A stretch of 18,651 nt of DNA, taken from Candidatus Hydrogenedentota bacterium. GTDB lineage: Bacteria; Hydrogenedentota; Hydrogenedentia; Hydrogenedentales; SLHB01. Positions 7,875 through 15,737 of the stretch are shown here, in pieces (within the stretch, counting starts at the first letter, position 1; every line of letters starts with the position of its first letter). Position numbers and translations under genes: made by a program. Location: contig JAWXCN010000018.1 in the NCBI GenBank assembly GCA_034408725.1, positions 1-18,651 on the forward strand, given 5' to 3'. Below the pieces are notes generated by a model. The model did not search any database, had not been told where the DNA came from, and was given only the letters and a program-made list of their open reading frames with translations.

Positions 7875-8735
7875 CTACTCCGCCGGCGCGCCGGAAGCCC
7901 GTAACGCGGCATCGATCTTTCGTTGCAAAAAAACCAGACTACCGGGGACCTGCTGTTCCGAAAGACTATGCAGAATTAATGGACCCGAATACCCGATTCG
8001 CAGCAGCGACCCGAGGTAATGGTCATAGTCCAGCAGGCCCATGCCCGCGGCTTCGTGCCCCGCGTCGCCATCCTGCGCGAGGTCCTTTGCGTGCGCCAAC
8101 ACGATGACATCGCCCAATAAATCGACGGCTTCATCGAGAATGGAGTGCATGCGCGAAAGGTCGCCCGCATGAAAGAGGTTCGCCCCATCGAGCACAACCC
8201 ACAGCCGCGGCGATCTCACCTCGTCGAGCAATTGGCGCGCCTTGCGCGCGGTATCGACCACATTTGAAAATTCCGGTTCGAACGCCAGCACCACGTTCCA
8301 GCGTTCCGCAATTTCGACTGCCTGTTCCATGCTGGAGATAAGATCGTTCCATGCCTCCGCCGAAGCGTTCTCCGCGTGACGCTTCCACATGTTCTCCGGA
8401 TCGCGCGTGCCCGTGCTTAACGTGATAATGCATGTCCCGAGTGAAGCGCACGCGCTCGCGAGCACGTCAAGCCTGCGCATGCCTTCGGCGCGCTGCCGCG
8501 TATCGGGGTGAATCACGTTGAAGGTCCCTGACACCGCCGCCATCGATATGCGACGGTCCACGCACGCTTGCCGGATTCGAGAGCAGGTTTCCGCCGGGAT
8601 TTCATCGGGCATGCTTGGCATTCCCGCACAGGACATATTGAACTGTACGCTGCGAATGCCGTGCGCAACAACGCCGTCCAAGGCAGCTTCGACAGTTGCT
8701 CGGGGAAAAGTTTTTGCAAATATGCCTGCGTGCAT
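7875..8735 (-). CDS. Sugar-phosphate isomerase/epimerase, xylose-isomerase-like TIM barrel (start MHAGIFAKTF)
   Basis: Motifs LAFEPE, VLDGAN, LAHAKD, GLLDY and LILH; the ATG at 8735 avoids overlap with the upstream gene. Confidence 0.88.
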   Translation of the reverse strand: MHAGIFAKTFPRATVEAALDGVVAHGIRSVQFNMSCAGMPSMPDEIPAETCSRIRQACVDRRISMAAVSGTFNVIHPDTRQRAEGMRRLDVLASACASLGTCIITLSTGTRDPENMWKRHAENASAEAWNDLISSMEQAVEIAERWNVVLAFEPEFSNVVDTARKARQLLDEVRSPRLWVVLDGANLFHAGDLSRMHSILDEAVDLLGDVIVLAHAKDLAQDGDAGHEAAGMGLLDYDHYLGSLLRIGYSGPLILHSLSEQQVPGSLVFLQRKIDAALRASGAPAE

Positions 8736-8752
8736 CACAAGCCGGTTTTCGC

Positions 8753-9841
8753 CTACACCGTCCCGCTGACTGTATCGAGACGCACGCATTCGCCTCGTTC
8801 CACCGACCGCGCAATCGCCACCATTGCCCGCATCGCCGCGGAGCCGTCATCGACCGTTGCGCCAAGCTGCGGCGCGCCGTGCAGGATGGCGTCTGCAAAC
8901 CCTTCGAGTTGCAGTTTGTAGGAATACGCGTCTTCGCCCAATACTTTTCGATACGTTCGGTCCTTCACCGAAAAACATTCCACCTCGCCGCTCTTATGAA
9001 ACCACGGCAGCGGAATCTTTCCGTACGCGCTACCCAGCTCCCCGTAAATCTGGAAGCCTTCCTGAAAATCCCCGCGCAGGGGAACCGTCAAATCGAGATG
9101 CCCGATATGCCCACCGCGGAAATCAACCGTTATGAACCAGCAGAACGAATCATGGCGCTCAACAAGTTTGGCCGACACGGCCTCCAAATCGCCAGCCAGG
9201 AATCGCGCGGAATCGACCAGGTGGCTGCCGTGGGTGAGCATGAAATAACGGCGCTTGTCCGACTTTGGATTTCCCATGGGCTTCACCGCGTCCATGCTGG
9301 CTATCGCAAGCGGCTGCAAATTGTCAGTCATTGTGTAACGCATGGTGGAATCGCAGTACCACGCTTTCAACGCGATCAAGCCGCCGATCTCCTCGCGCAC
9401 GAACCGTGCGGCGAACGCGACGCCGGGATCAAACCGCCGGTTATTTCCAACCTGAAACACGCGGTGTTCGCCGCGCTGAATCTCGTGTACCCGCGCCCGC
9501 AACGCGTCACATTCTTCCACGCTCGTGCCGAGCGGTTTTTCCACAAGCACGTGCTTGCCGGCAGCCAGTGCCTGCAAGCTCAGCGGCACGTGAAACTGGT
9601 CGGACACCGCGATAATGACCGCCTCCACTTCGGAAGCGATCAGCATGTCCTCGAATTTCGTAAAGGTCCGCATCGGTTGGTGCGTCGCCGCCATGCGCGC
9701 AAGCAGGTCTGGGGCCGCATCACAGATGGCGTACAACTCGCAGTTGCGGGCTTTGCGGCACGCGTCGAAATGCGCGAACTGGGCAATCGGTCCGCAGCCG
9801 AGCACGCCGACGCGCAGGAGTCTGGGTTCCTTTTGGATCAT
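8753..9841 (-). CDS. Gfo/Idh/MocA family NAD(P)-dependent oxidoreductase
   Basis: Rossmann motif VGVLGCGPIA, KHVLVEKP, GNNRRFDP, HGSHLVD; ATGA overlap with the RLP stop codon. Confidence 0.93.
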   Translation of the reverse strand: MIQKEPRLLRVGVLGCGPIAQFAHFDACRKARNCELYAICDAAPDLLARMAATHQPMRTFTKFEDMLIASEVEAVIIAVSDQFHVPLSLQALAAGKHVLVEKPLGTSVEECDALRARVHEIQRGEHRVFQVGNNRRFDPGVAFAARFVREEIGGLIALKAWYCDSTMRYTMTDNLQPLAIASMDAVKPMGNPKSDKRRYFMLTHGSHLVDSARFLAGDLEAVSAKLVERHDSFCWFITVDFRGGHIGHLDLTVPLRGDFQEGFQIYGELGSAYGKIPLPWFHKSGEVECFSVKDRTYRKVLGEDAYSYKLQLEGFADAILHGAPQLGATVDDGSAAMRAMVAIARSVERGECVRLDTVSGTV

Positions 9842-11265
9842 GGCGCAACGCCTGGGTACCGTTGCCGCAACGCCGCGCGAAGTGCGGTGAGTTTCCGCCG
9901 GTCCGCGACCGCCGCGAGCGCGCGCACATGGCCGTCCGCTGTTACATCGCGCAGTTCACCGGTCTTGTGTACGTCAATTGCTTCGATCATCGCTTCCGCG
10001 CCCATGCGCGGGCTCGGCTTGCCGGCGGTGTCCGTGATTGAATTAATCGCCGATCCTGCGAGGAACAAAATGTTTTCCTCGATGCCGCGAGCTTCGACGT
10101 CGACGAGGTTCAACCCGATATTGCCCTGGTCCAATCCGCCCGCGCGCACGATCATGGTTGGATTCTTCCCTGCCAAAGGCGCGGTAAGCGTCGCTTCCGA
10201 TGCCCGCCATTCATCGCCGTAAGGACGCAGGAACGGCATGCCTTCCTTGAGGGGCGCTGTCTGCCGGAAATCAATTCCATCGAGCCGGGCCAGCATATCG
10301 ATCACTTCGCGCCAGATCGCCCGCGTGCGCGTGCCAATGCCCGCATTGTGCCCGTAAATCGCCGGCGGGTTTTCCAGGTGCATTGTCGCTTCGCGCACCA
10401 TGCGCACGGTACCCGTTGCAAACGTCTCGCTGAACATCAAGCCGCGCACCCCGTGCTCCAATACCCCGTGAACAGTATCCAATATCTCGCTGGGTGACCC
10501 GGTGACGTGCGGCGCGAAGATGATGCCGAGGCCGTCACGTTTGTCCTGCACGCGCTCGATGGCCGCCATCGCGCGGCGCGCGCGCTCCCGCACGGGCGAA
10601 TAGTCCAGATCGGGATAGAGGTCTTCGTCTTCCTTCACGAACAAAAACAATTTGCAGTGCGCGGCTTCTTCGACGAGAAACTCCACCTCCTCCGGCGTGA
10701 TCCCCGCGGTCGGTTTTAAAATCGTTCCAAATGCCGGTTGGTCCGGCGCGAACCCCGTCATCTTGCGAATGCCTGCCGGCCCGTACGCCGGACCCGGGAA
10801 AGTCTTGAGAATATGCTCGGGAATCTGCAACGCGACTAGCCGTGCGTCCTGCCGTTCATAGAGATCGAAAATGCCCGCGCCCGCGATAGTGTGCAGCAGA
10901 TCGCACGTCGTCACGTGCCCATCGGGATGTTGCAACATTTTTAGCGGAATCGCTACGTGCGCCAGGCCCAGGCGTCCTGTTTGATCAAAAGCTTCGACGC
11001 CCGCCGGTTTTGCCGAGCACTGCTCAAGCAGGGAACCCGGTGGCGGATGATGCACGCCGCTCGTAGCGAGGTAACTGATTTCCTCCGCGGCGTCTTCGAG
11101 CCGGGTCGTGCGCAACGCAAAAAAATACGTCGCGACTATGTAGCCTTCGATGGAAGGTGGGGGAGCGGCCGCCAAGCGTTCCATGACGACGCGCCGCAGC
11201 AACGCCTCCCGCGCATCCTGGTCCTGCCACAACATTTCCGCTGAACGTGAATCCAGATATGACAT
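9838..11265 (-). CDS. RuBisCO-like protein (form IV, RLP), highly divergent, 475 aa (start MSYLDSRS)
   Basis: RuBisCO large-subunit landmarks appear in order: FPGPAYG..GIR, FGTILKP, FVKEDE (carbamylated-Lys/Mg motif), YGHNAG, RLDGID, RAGGL, LAGSAI. The 42-codon extension to 11391 runs through a repeat and looks non-coding. Confidence 0.88.
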   Translation of the reverse strand: MSYLDSRSAEMLWQDQDAREALLRRVVMERLAAAPPPSIEGYIVATYFFALRTTRLEDAAEEISYLATSGVHHPPPGSLLEQCSAKPAGVEAFDQTGRLGLAHVAIPLKMLQHPDGHVTTCDLLHTIAGAGIFDLYERQDARLVALQIPEHILKTFPGPAYGPAGIRKMTGFAPDQPAFGTILKPTAGITPEEVEFLVEEAAHCKLFLFVKEDEDLYPDLDYSPVRERARRAMAAIERVQDKRDGLGIIFAPHVTGSPSEILDTVHGVLEHGVRGLMFSETFATGTVRMVREATMHLENPPAIYGHNAGIGTRTRAIWREVIDMLARLDGIDFRQTAPLKEGMPFLRPYGDEWRASEATLTAPLAGKNPTMIVRAGGLDQGNIGLNLVDVEARGIEENILFLAGSAINSITDTAGKPSPRMGAEAMIEAIDVHKTGELRDVTADGHVRALAAVADRRKLTALRAALRQRYPGVAP

Positions 11266-11271
11266 CCGGGG

Positions 11272-11277
11272 ATTATG
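11272..11277 (-). promoter_or_regulatory. -10 box (CATAAT) of a probable leaderless promoter for the RLP operon
   Basis: CATAAT lies 6 nt upstream of the ATG at 11265; no SD and no clear -35. Confidence 0.4.
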
Positions 11278-11345
11278 TATGAAACCCCCCGCGCGAAAAA
11301 AGTGCAAACCGTTTTGTCCAGGGCATCCGAAGTGAAAGCGGCGCC

Positions 11346-11376
11346 TTGGACTGCGGCAGCGGGTAGCTGCCGCTTT
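11346..11376 (+). repeat. REP-like palindrome, same family as 2948-3082
   Basis: TTGGACTGCGGCAGC-GGGTA-GCTGCCGCTTT, with a compensatory stem change relative to the 2948 copy. Confidence 0.78.
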
Positions 11377-11472
11377 CCCCTCCATAGGCAATCTACCTTC
11401 GCAATTAAACGCGATCGCCCCGCCGTTTTGTGGCCGGAGAAACCGAGGTGGATTTCGGGTTTCGAAAGAGAA

Positions 11473-12336
11473 CTACCGGTCGCGCTCTACAATGTAGCGC
11501 GCCAGCGCGCGAAACGTATCCGCCTCCTCGCCAAAACTCCGTAACGCCCCGACCGCCTGCTCGACTGCATCCCCCGCTAATTTTCGCGCGCCATCAATGC
11601 CTACCGCCGCGGGGTACGTTGATTTCAGATTCGCTTCATCACTGCCCACCGGTTTGCCAATCGCCGTTTCATCTCCCACGATATCGAGAATATCGTCCGC
11701 AATCTGGAACGCCAGACCAATTGCTTCCCCGTATGCCGTCAACGCTTTCAGTTGGTTTTCGTTCGCGCCAGACACCAACGCGCCAACCCGCACGGACACG
11801 CGAATAAGCGCGCCGGTTTTGCGCGCGTGCAGCGCGCGAAGTTCTTCCACCCCCAGCTTCCGCCCCTCGCTCTCCAGGTCCACGAGTTGACCGCCTACCA
11901 TGCCTTCCACGCCGGCTGCCCGCGTAATTTCCCGCACAATGCGGAGGTCACCCGTGTCAGCCGCAGCATCGAAGGCCATCGTAAGCAACGCATCTCCGGC
12001 GAGAATCGCCACGGCTTCGCCATACGCCTTGTGAAGGGTCGGCTTGCCGCGGCGGACATCATCGTCATCCATCGCGGGCAAGTCGTCGTGAATCAGCGAG
12101 TACGTATGAATCATCTCGAGCGCGCACGCCGCCGGAAGCGCCGCGCAGTCGTCACCGGTTATAAGTTCCGCCGCGCCCAGCGCAAGCGCGGGCCGCAGCC
12201 GCTTGCCTCCGGCGAACAGGCTGTAGCGCATTGCATCGCGCAGCGTCGCCGGCGTGTCCGCCCATCGCGAAATGTAAACTTCCAGAGCGGCTTCAGTCCG
12301 CGCAGCCTTCTCAACGAGAAATTGTTCCACCCCCAC
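11473..12336 (-). CDS. ispA: Farnesyl/geranylgeranyl diphosphate synthase (polyprenyl synthetase)
   Basis: GGKRLRP, first aspartate-rich motif SLIHDDLPAMDDDDVRRGKPT, GMVGGQ, KTGALI, second motif FQIADDILD, KSTYP. Probable GTG start at 12336 after GGGAGA. Confidence 0.95.
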   Translation of the reverse strand: MGVEQFLVEKAARTEAALEVYISRWADTPATLRDAMRYSLFAGGKRLRPALALGAAELITGDDCAALPAACALEMIHTYSLIHDDLPAMDDDDVRRGKPTLHKAYGEAVAILAGDALLTMAFDAAADTGDLRIVREITRAAGVEGMVGGQLVDLESEGRKLGVEELRALHARKTGALIRVSVRVGALVSGANENQLKALTAYGEAIGLAFQIADDILDIVGDETAIGKPVGSDEANLKSTYPAAVGIDGARKLAGDAVEQAVGALRSFGEEADTFRALARYIVERDR

Positions 12337-12421
12337 CGGCGCTCTCCCTTCACACGATTGTAGACGGTGTGCGCCCAATCATCCCATAGCTCCCGCACTT
12401 CTCATCATTCCCATTTATCTC

Positions 12422-12467
12422 AAAAAAAAGAAAAAGCACGCCAGGGCCCGAAGGTTGCCTAACGTGC
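12422..12467 (-). terminator. Strong Rho-independent terminator downstream of the microprotein gene
   Basis: On the minus strand, GCACGTTAGG...CC-TTCG-GG...CCTGGCGTGC is followed by TTTTTCTTTTTTTT. Confidence 0.85.
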
Positions 12468-12593
12468 ATTTTTTGAAAACAAGCTCTACTGACTGGGCGT
12501 CCGCCGCCGCCTTGGAACTTCAGCCTGGCTGACTGGTGCAGCCGCCAAGCCGTCGGCGGCGGAGCCCTTCAGTTACGAAGAACCGCGTCGAAA

Positions 12594-12686
12594 CTAGCGT
12601 TTCTTCTTCGCGGCCGCTTTTTTCTTCGGGGCGGCTTTCTTCTTCGGGGCCGCCTTCTTCTTTGCTGCCTTCTTTTTCGCTGCCAT
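12594..12686 (-). CDS. 30-aa Lys/Ala-rich histone-H1-like microprotein MAAKKKAAKKKAAPKKKAAPKKKAAAKKKR
   Basis: ATG at 12686, TAG at 12594-12596, strong SD AAAGGAGAG 7 nt upstream. Synonymous codon variation across the repeats and a downstream terminator. Below the ORF-track length cut-off. Confidence 0.85.
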   Translation of the reverse strand: MAAKKKAAKKKAAPKKKAAPKKKAAAKKKR

Positions 12687-13918
12687 TCTTAGCTCTCCTT
12701 TAAATTGAGCTTCCTACACTAGCGCCGCGTTGTTGAACGTGCAGGCCACCACGGGTGGCCCTGCCAACGGCATGCGCCCGTCTCCGCAGGTGCACTGCGG
12801 AGACAGACCATCGGGCAATGCCCGGTATGGTTCAACTGGTGTATGGTCTCAGCCCCCAGGTGCATGGGTGCTGTAAAACCCTCTTGGAATTCCCCGATCA
12901 GAAATTTGCCACACCCTGGCGGCAATCTGCCCCGGCCAACATCGGACCGCGCCGGTTTCTTTCGCCGCGCCGGATGTCTTCGGAAAAATATGGATGGTTA
13001 GCGTTGCGGCAAGAATGAATGGCGATTGCCCGCCGGGGTATGAATGGCGCCGCTGCTGCGAACCGGTACTGCGCGCAGGTGATTTGCCTGCCGTCGCGAT
13101 CTCCGCGCCCCTTGCGCGTGACCGCTTCGAGTGGTTTGCATGACCGCACCGTTCGCTTTCGCGCCGCTTGTCACCGTGCCACCTCGCACGTCGTGTTCGA
13201 TTCAACTGTGTTCTCGTGAGTGGATTCGCTCCCGCGTTTCCGCCTCGCTCCCCGCCGTCAACTGGTGTGTTGCATGCCACCTACGACGCGTTTACTGCAA
13301 CAACTGTATAAATTTCTATCACGTTGCAAGAAAAAAAACAAGTATTTTTTCAAGAAAAATTTCTTTTCATCGGGTCCGTGGCCGATCTGCGGCGCTACGG
13401 ATCGCCCGGAAATGGATCGATGTGTTCCGTTGCGCGCCGCGTAACAAGCATGTTGGACGTCTCGGCGCATCACGGCGCGCGCAAGCGGCATGAGCGTGTC
13501 TCGCGTGACGTCCCGTTTTTGCAACATGCGGAATCGCCTTGCAAATGCTGGCGATTCCGCAACGAATAAAACTGGCGCGCTATTAATGCGCACGCCGCGA
13601 TCACGCGGCGTCGCCGCCAATGCGCGCGCGGAAAACTGTTTGCAGACGCAAACGCGCCGCGCAGTTTTTCATTCGCCGGCATCGAATTCAGAGGCGCTTC
13701 AAATGCCCGCGGCACCCAAATATTTTTTTGCCGCGAAGGCGCATAACACCGGATTTTCCGCCACCGTTCTCGCATTGCCGTGTCGGTTTTTCGCGCGCCA
13801 GCGATTTTTCCCGCGCGTCCAATAGGCGCGTCACACGAGCGCGAATAGATTCCGCCGCCACTTTTTCGCGCGCCATTCAAGCAGTCCGTTCCGGCGGCTT
13901 CGACTTCGCCGTCCAGAG

Positions 13919-14815
13919 TTAAACTTCAAATCGGCTCCGCACAAACTGTCCAACCTTCGTCAGGGCATCACGTCCTTCCGGCAAAATCGGCGCATAAAAA
14001 TGCCACACATGGATCATGTCCGGCGCAAGATAAAGCGTCACATCCACGCCGGCGCTTCTCGCGCGTTCCGCCAGCCGGATCGAATCGTCGCGCAAGATTT
14101 CCGCGCCGCCAACGTGAATCAGGAGTGGGGGAAACCCCGTGAAATTAGCGTACAAGGGTGACGCCAGCGGATTGCGCGCTTCCGCGCCGTTCAAATAGCG
14201 GCGCGCAAACGTATCGAGCTGCCAGGGCGACAGCATCGGGTCGCTAGCCGCCACGCTATCGACCGATGCGCCGGTCATCGCCAGGTCGGTCCACGGCGAA
14301 AGACATACGCACGCCGCGGGAAGGGGATCGCCCGCGTCACGCAACGCAACGAGCGACGCCAACGCCAATCCGCCCCCTGCGCTGTCTCCGCCGATTACGA
14401 TCTTTTCCGGCGCGTAGCCCTCCGCGGTCAGCGCACGGTACGTCGCCACTGCATCATCCACCGCCGCCGGAAACGCATGCTCCGGCGCGAGACGATACGC
14501 CACTGACAACACCTGCACGTTCGCGGCCATGGCGAGGAGACCGCAAAACGTCCGGTGCGTATTCAGCGATCCAATGCAGTAGCCCCCACCGTGGAAGTAC
14601 AACATGACACGGTCCGCCGGGCTGCCACGCGGTTCAAACCGCTCCGCCGGAATATCAGCGACCCGTGACGACGATATGGAAACTGATTCCGGTGGTGGAC
14701 CAAGTAGCGGCGTCATCTGTTCGAACCGCGAACGGATTTGGTCGAGTGTCGCGACCTTGCCGAGCGGCCGCGATTGCATCATCGAGACCAACGATTGGAA
14801 CTGAACGCTTGGCAT
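13919..14815 (-). CDS. HSL-family (family IV) esterase/lipase, alpha/beta hydrolase_3
   Basis: Motifs YFHGGGY, YRLAPEH, GDSAGG, SPWTD, EILRDD and MIHVW. Confidence 0.95.
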   Translation of the reverse strand: MPSVQFQSLVSMMQSRPLGKVATLDQIRSRFEQMTPLLGPPPESVSISSSRVADIPAERFEPRGSPADRVMLYFHGGGYCIGSLNTHRTFCGLLAMAANVQVLSVAYRLAPEHAFPAAVDDAVATYRALTAEGYAPEKIVIGGDSAGGGLALASLVALRDAGDPLPAACVCLSPWTDLAMTGASVDSVAASDPMLSPWQLDTFARRYLNGAEARNPLASPLYANFTGFPPLLIHVGGAEILRDDSIRLAERARSAGVDVTLYLAPDMIHVWHFYAPILPEGRDALTKVGQFVRSRFEV

Positions 14816-14869
14816 GTCCTTGTATCCTGTTTGGCCGAAATTGGGGGAGAATGCAGAAAGCCTTCCCTC

Positions 14870-14912
14870 AAAAAAAGAACCGGCCCGGCGAGCATTTGCC
14901 CCGCCGGGCCGG
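14870..14912 (-). terminator. Rho-independent terminator after the OmpA-domain gene
   Basis: 11-bp stem CCGGCCCGGCG (14880-14890) / CGCCGGGCCGG (14902-14912), followed by TTCTTTTTTT on the minus strand. Confidence 0.85.
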
Positions 14913-14939
14913 AGAGATTACGCTGTCGTGACGCCGCTG

Positions 14940-15662
14940 CTAGTTGACAATCGTGATGTTAAACTCAGCGCGACGGTTCAGCTTTCGGTTGGCATCGCCA
15001 TCGTTGGCCACTGCCGGATCCGATTCGCCGAAGCTCTGCGTCGTGATACGGCCCGCATCGATACCGTTCTCGAGCATGTAGCTCTTCACGGCGTCCGCGC
15101 GGCGCTGACCAAGACCCATGTTGTACGCGTCCGAACCCAGGTCGCAGGTGTGACCTTCGATGAGGACGGTGTCGCCACCGTGCGCCTTCATTTCGGCGAT
15201 CACCTGGTCAACCACTGCCTTGCCTTCGGGCTTCAATACCGCCTTGTCGAAATCGAACAGGACGTTATTAAAGATCACCGTCTTGCGGATGGCTTTCGGA
15301 TCTGGCGTATCAGGAGGTGGCGGTGGTATGACATCACCCGGCTTTACCCAGCACGCATACACGAGACCGCGGTTACCCCACAGTTCCGTGTCCGCGCCGG
15401 TGGACGAAGTGAGCGATGCCGTCTTGGCCAGTTCGGCGGGGCACGAAGCGTCGCCACCGTTCGGATCCTGAGGCCACCACCAATAGCACGACCGCGGTTC
15501 GCCGCCGCAAATCGCCGCGCCTCGATCTGGCTGGGGTTCCGGCGTCGCGCCGCTATTTCCCCACCAGGACAGATCGTCCCAGACTTTGGGGGCACAATCG
15601 GCAGCCGACGCTGATCCCGCGAGCAGCATCACTGCCACGACCCCGATAAGCAGTTTCTTCAT
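14940..15662 (-). CDS. OmpA-family peptidoglycan-binding protein with a signal peptide and an unusual Trp/Cys-rich N-terminal region
   Basis: C-terminal OmpA domain (VLFDFDKA, IEGHTCDLGSDAYNMGLGQRRA, SFGES, NRRAEF). Signal peptide MKKLLIGVVAVMLLAGSASA; Pro-rich linker. SD spacing favours the ATG at 15662 over 15671. Confidence 0.92.
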   Translation of the reverse strand: MKKLLIGVVAVMLLAGSASAADCAPKVWDDLSWWGNSGATPEPQPDRGAAICGGEPRSCYWWWPQDPNGGDASCPAELAKTASLTSSTGADTELWGNRGLVYACWVKPGDVIPPPPPDTPDPKAIRKTVIFNNVLFDFDKAVLKPEGKAVVDQVIAEMKAHGGDTVLIEGHTCDLGSDAYNMGLGQRRADAVKSYMLENGIDAGRITTQSFGESDPAVANDGDANRKLNRRAEFNITIVN

Positions 15663-15708
15663 TTTGGTCATCTCCCTTATTCCGCTGGCAAATTACATTG
15701 CGGCTTAC

Positions 15709-15737
15709 ATTTAACCACAAAGCCAACATGCTGTCAA
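15709..15737 (-). promoter_or_regulatory. Possible promoter TTGACA-N17-TTAAAT for the OmpA-domain gene
   Basis: Perfect -35 TTGACA at 15732-15737; a TG extension precedes an imperfect -10. Confidence 0.5.

Noticed and set aside
8696-10222. 508-aa plus-strand ORF
   Set aside because: It is antisense to the well-supported dehydrogenase and RLP genes and has no recognisable motifs; a typical high-GC shadow ORF.
9838-11391. True CO2-fixing RuBisCO, and the longer 517-aa start
   Set aside because: Several residues needed for carboxylation appear replaced, and there is no small subunit or phosphoribulokinase in the window. The N-terminal extension crosses a REP-like repeat.
12849-13280. 143-aa ORF and other overlapping ORFs in 12719-13922
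   Set aside because: Arg/Ala/Gly-rich with no domain motifs or convincing SD, and mutually overlapping; treated as non-coding, though not excluded.
13300-13370. Replication origin in the AT-rich tract
   Set aside because: No DnaA-box cluster and no dnaA/parAB context; more likely a promoter region.
14814-15614. 266-aa plus-strand ORF, and likewise 6450-7262, 11752-12363 and 17387-18121
   Set aside because: These are antisense shadows of confidently identified genes.
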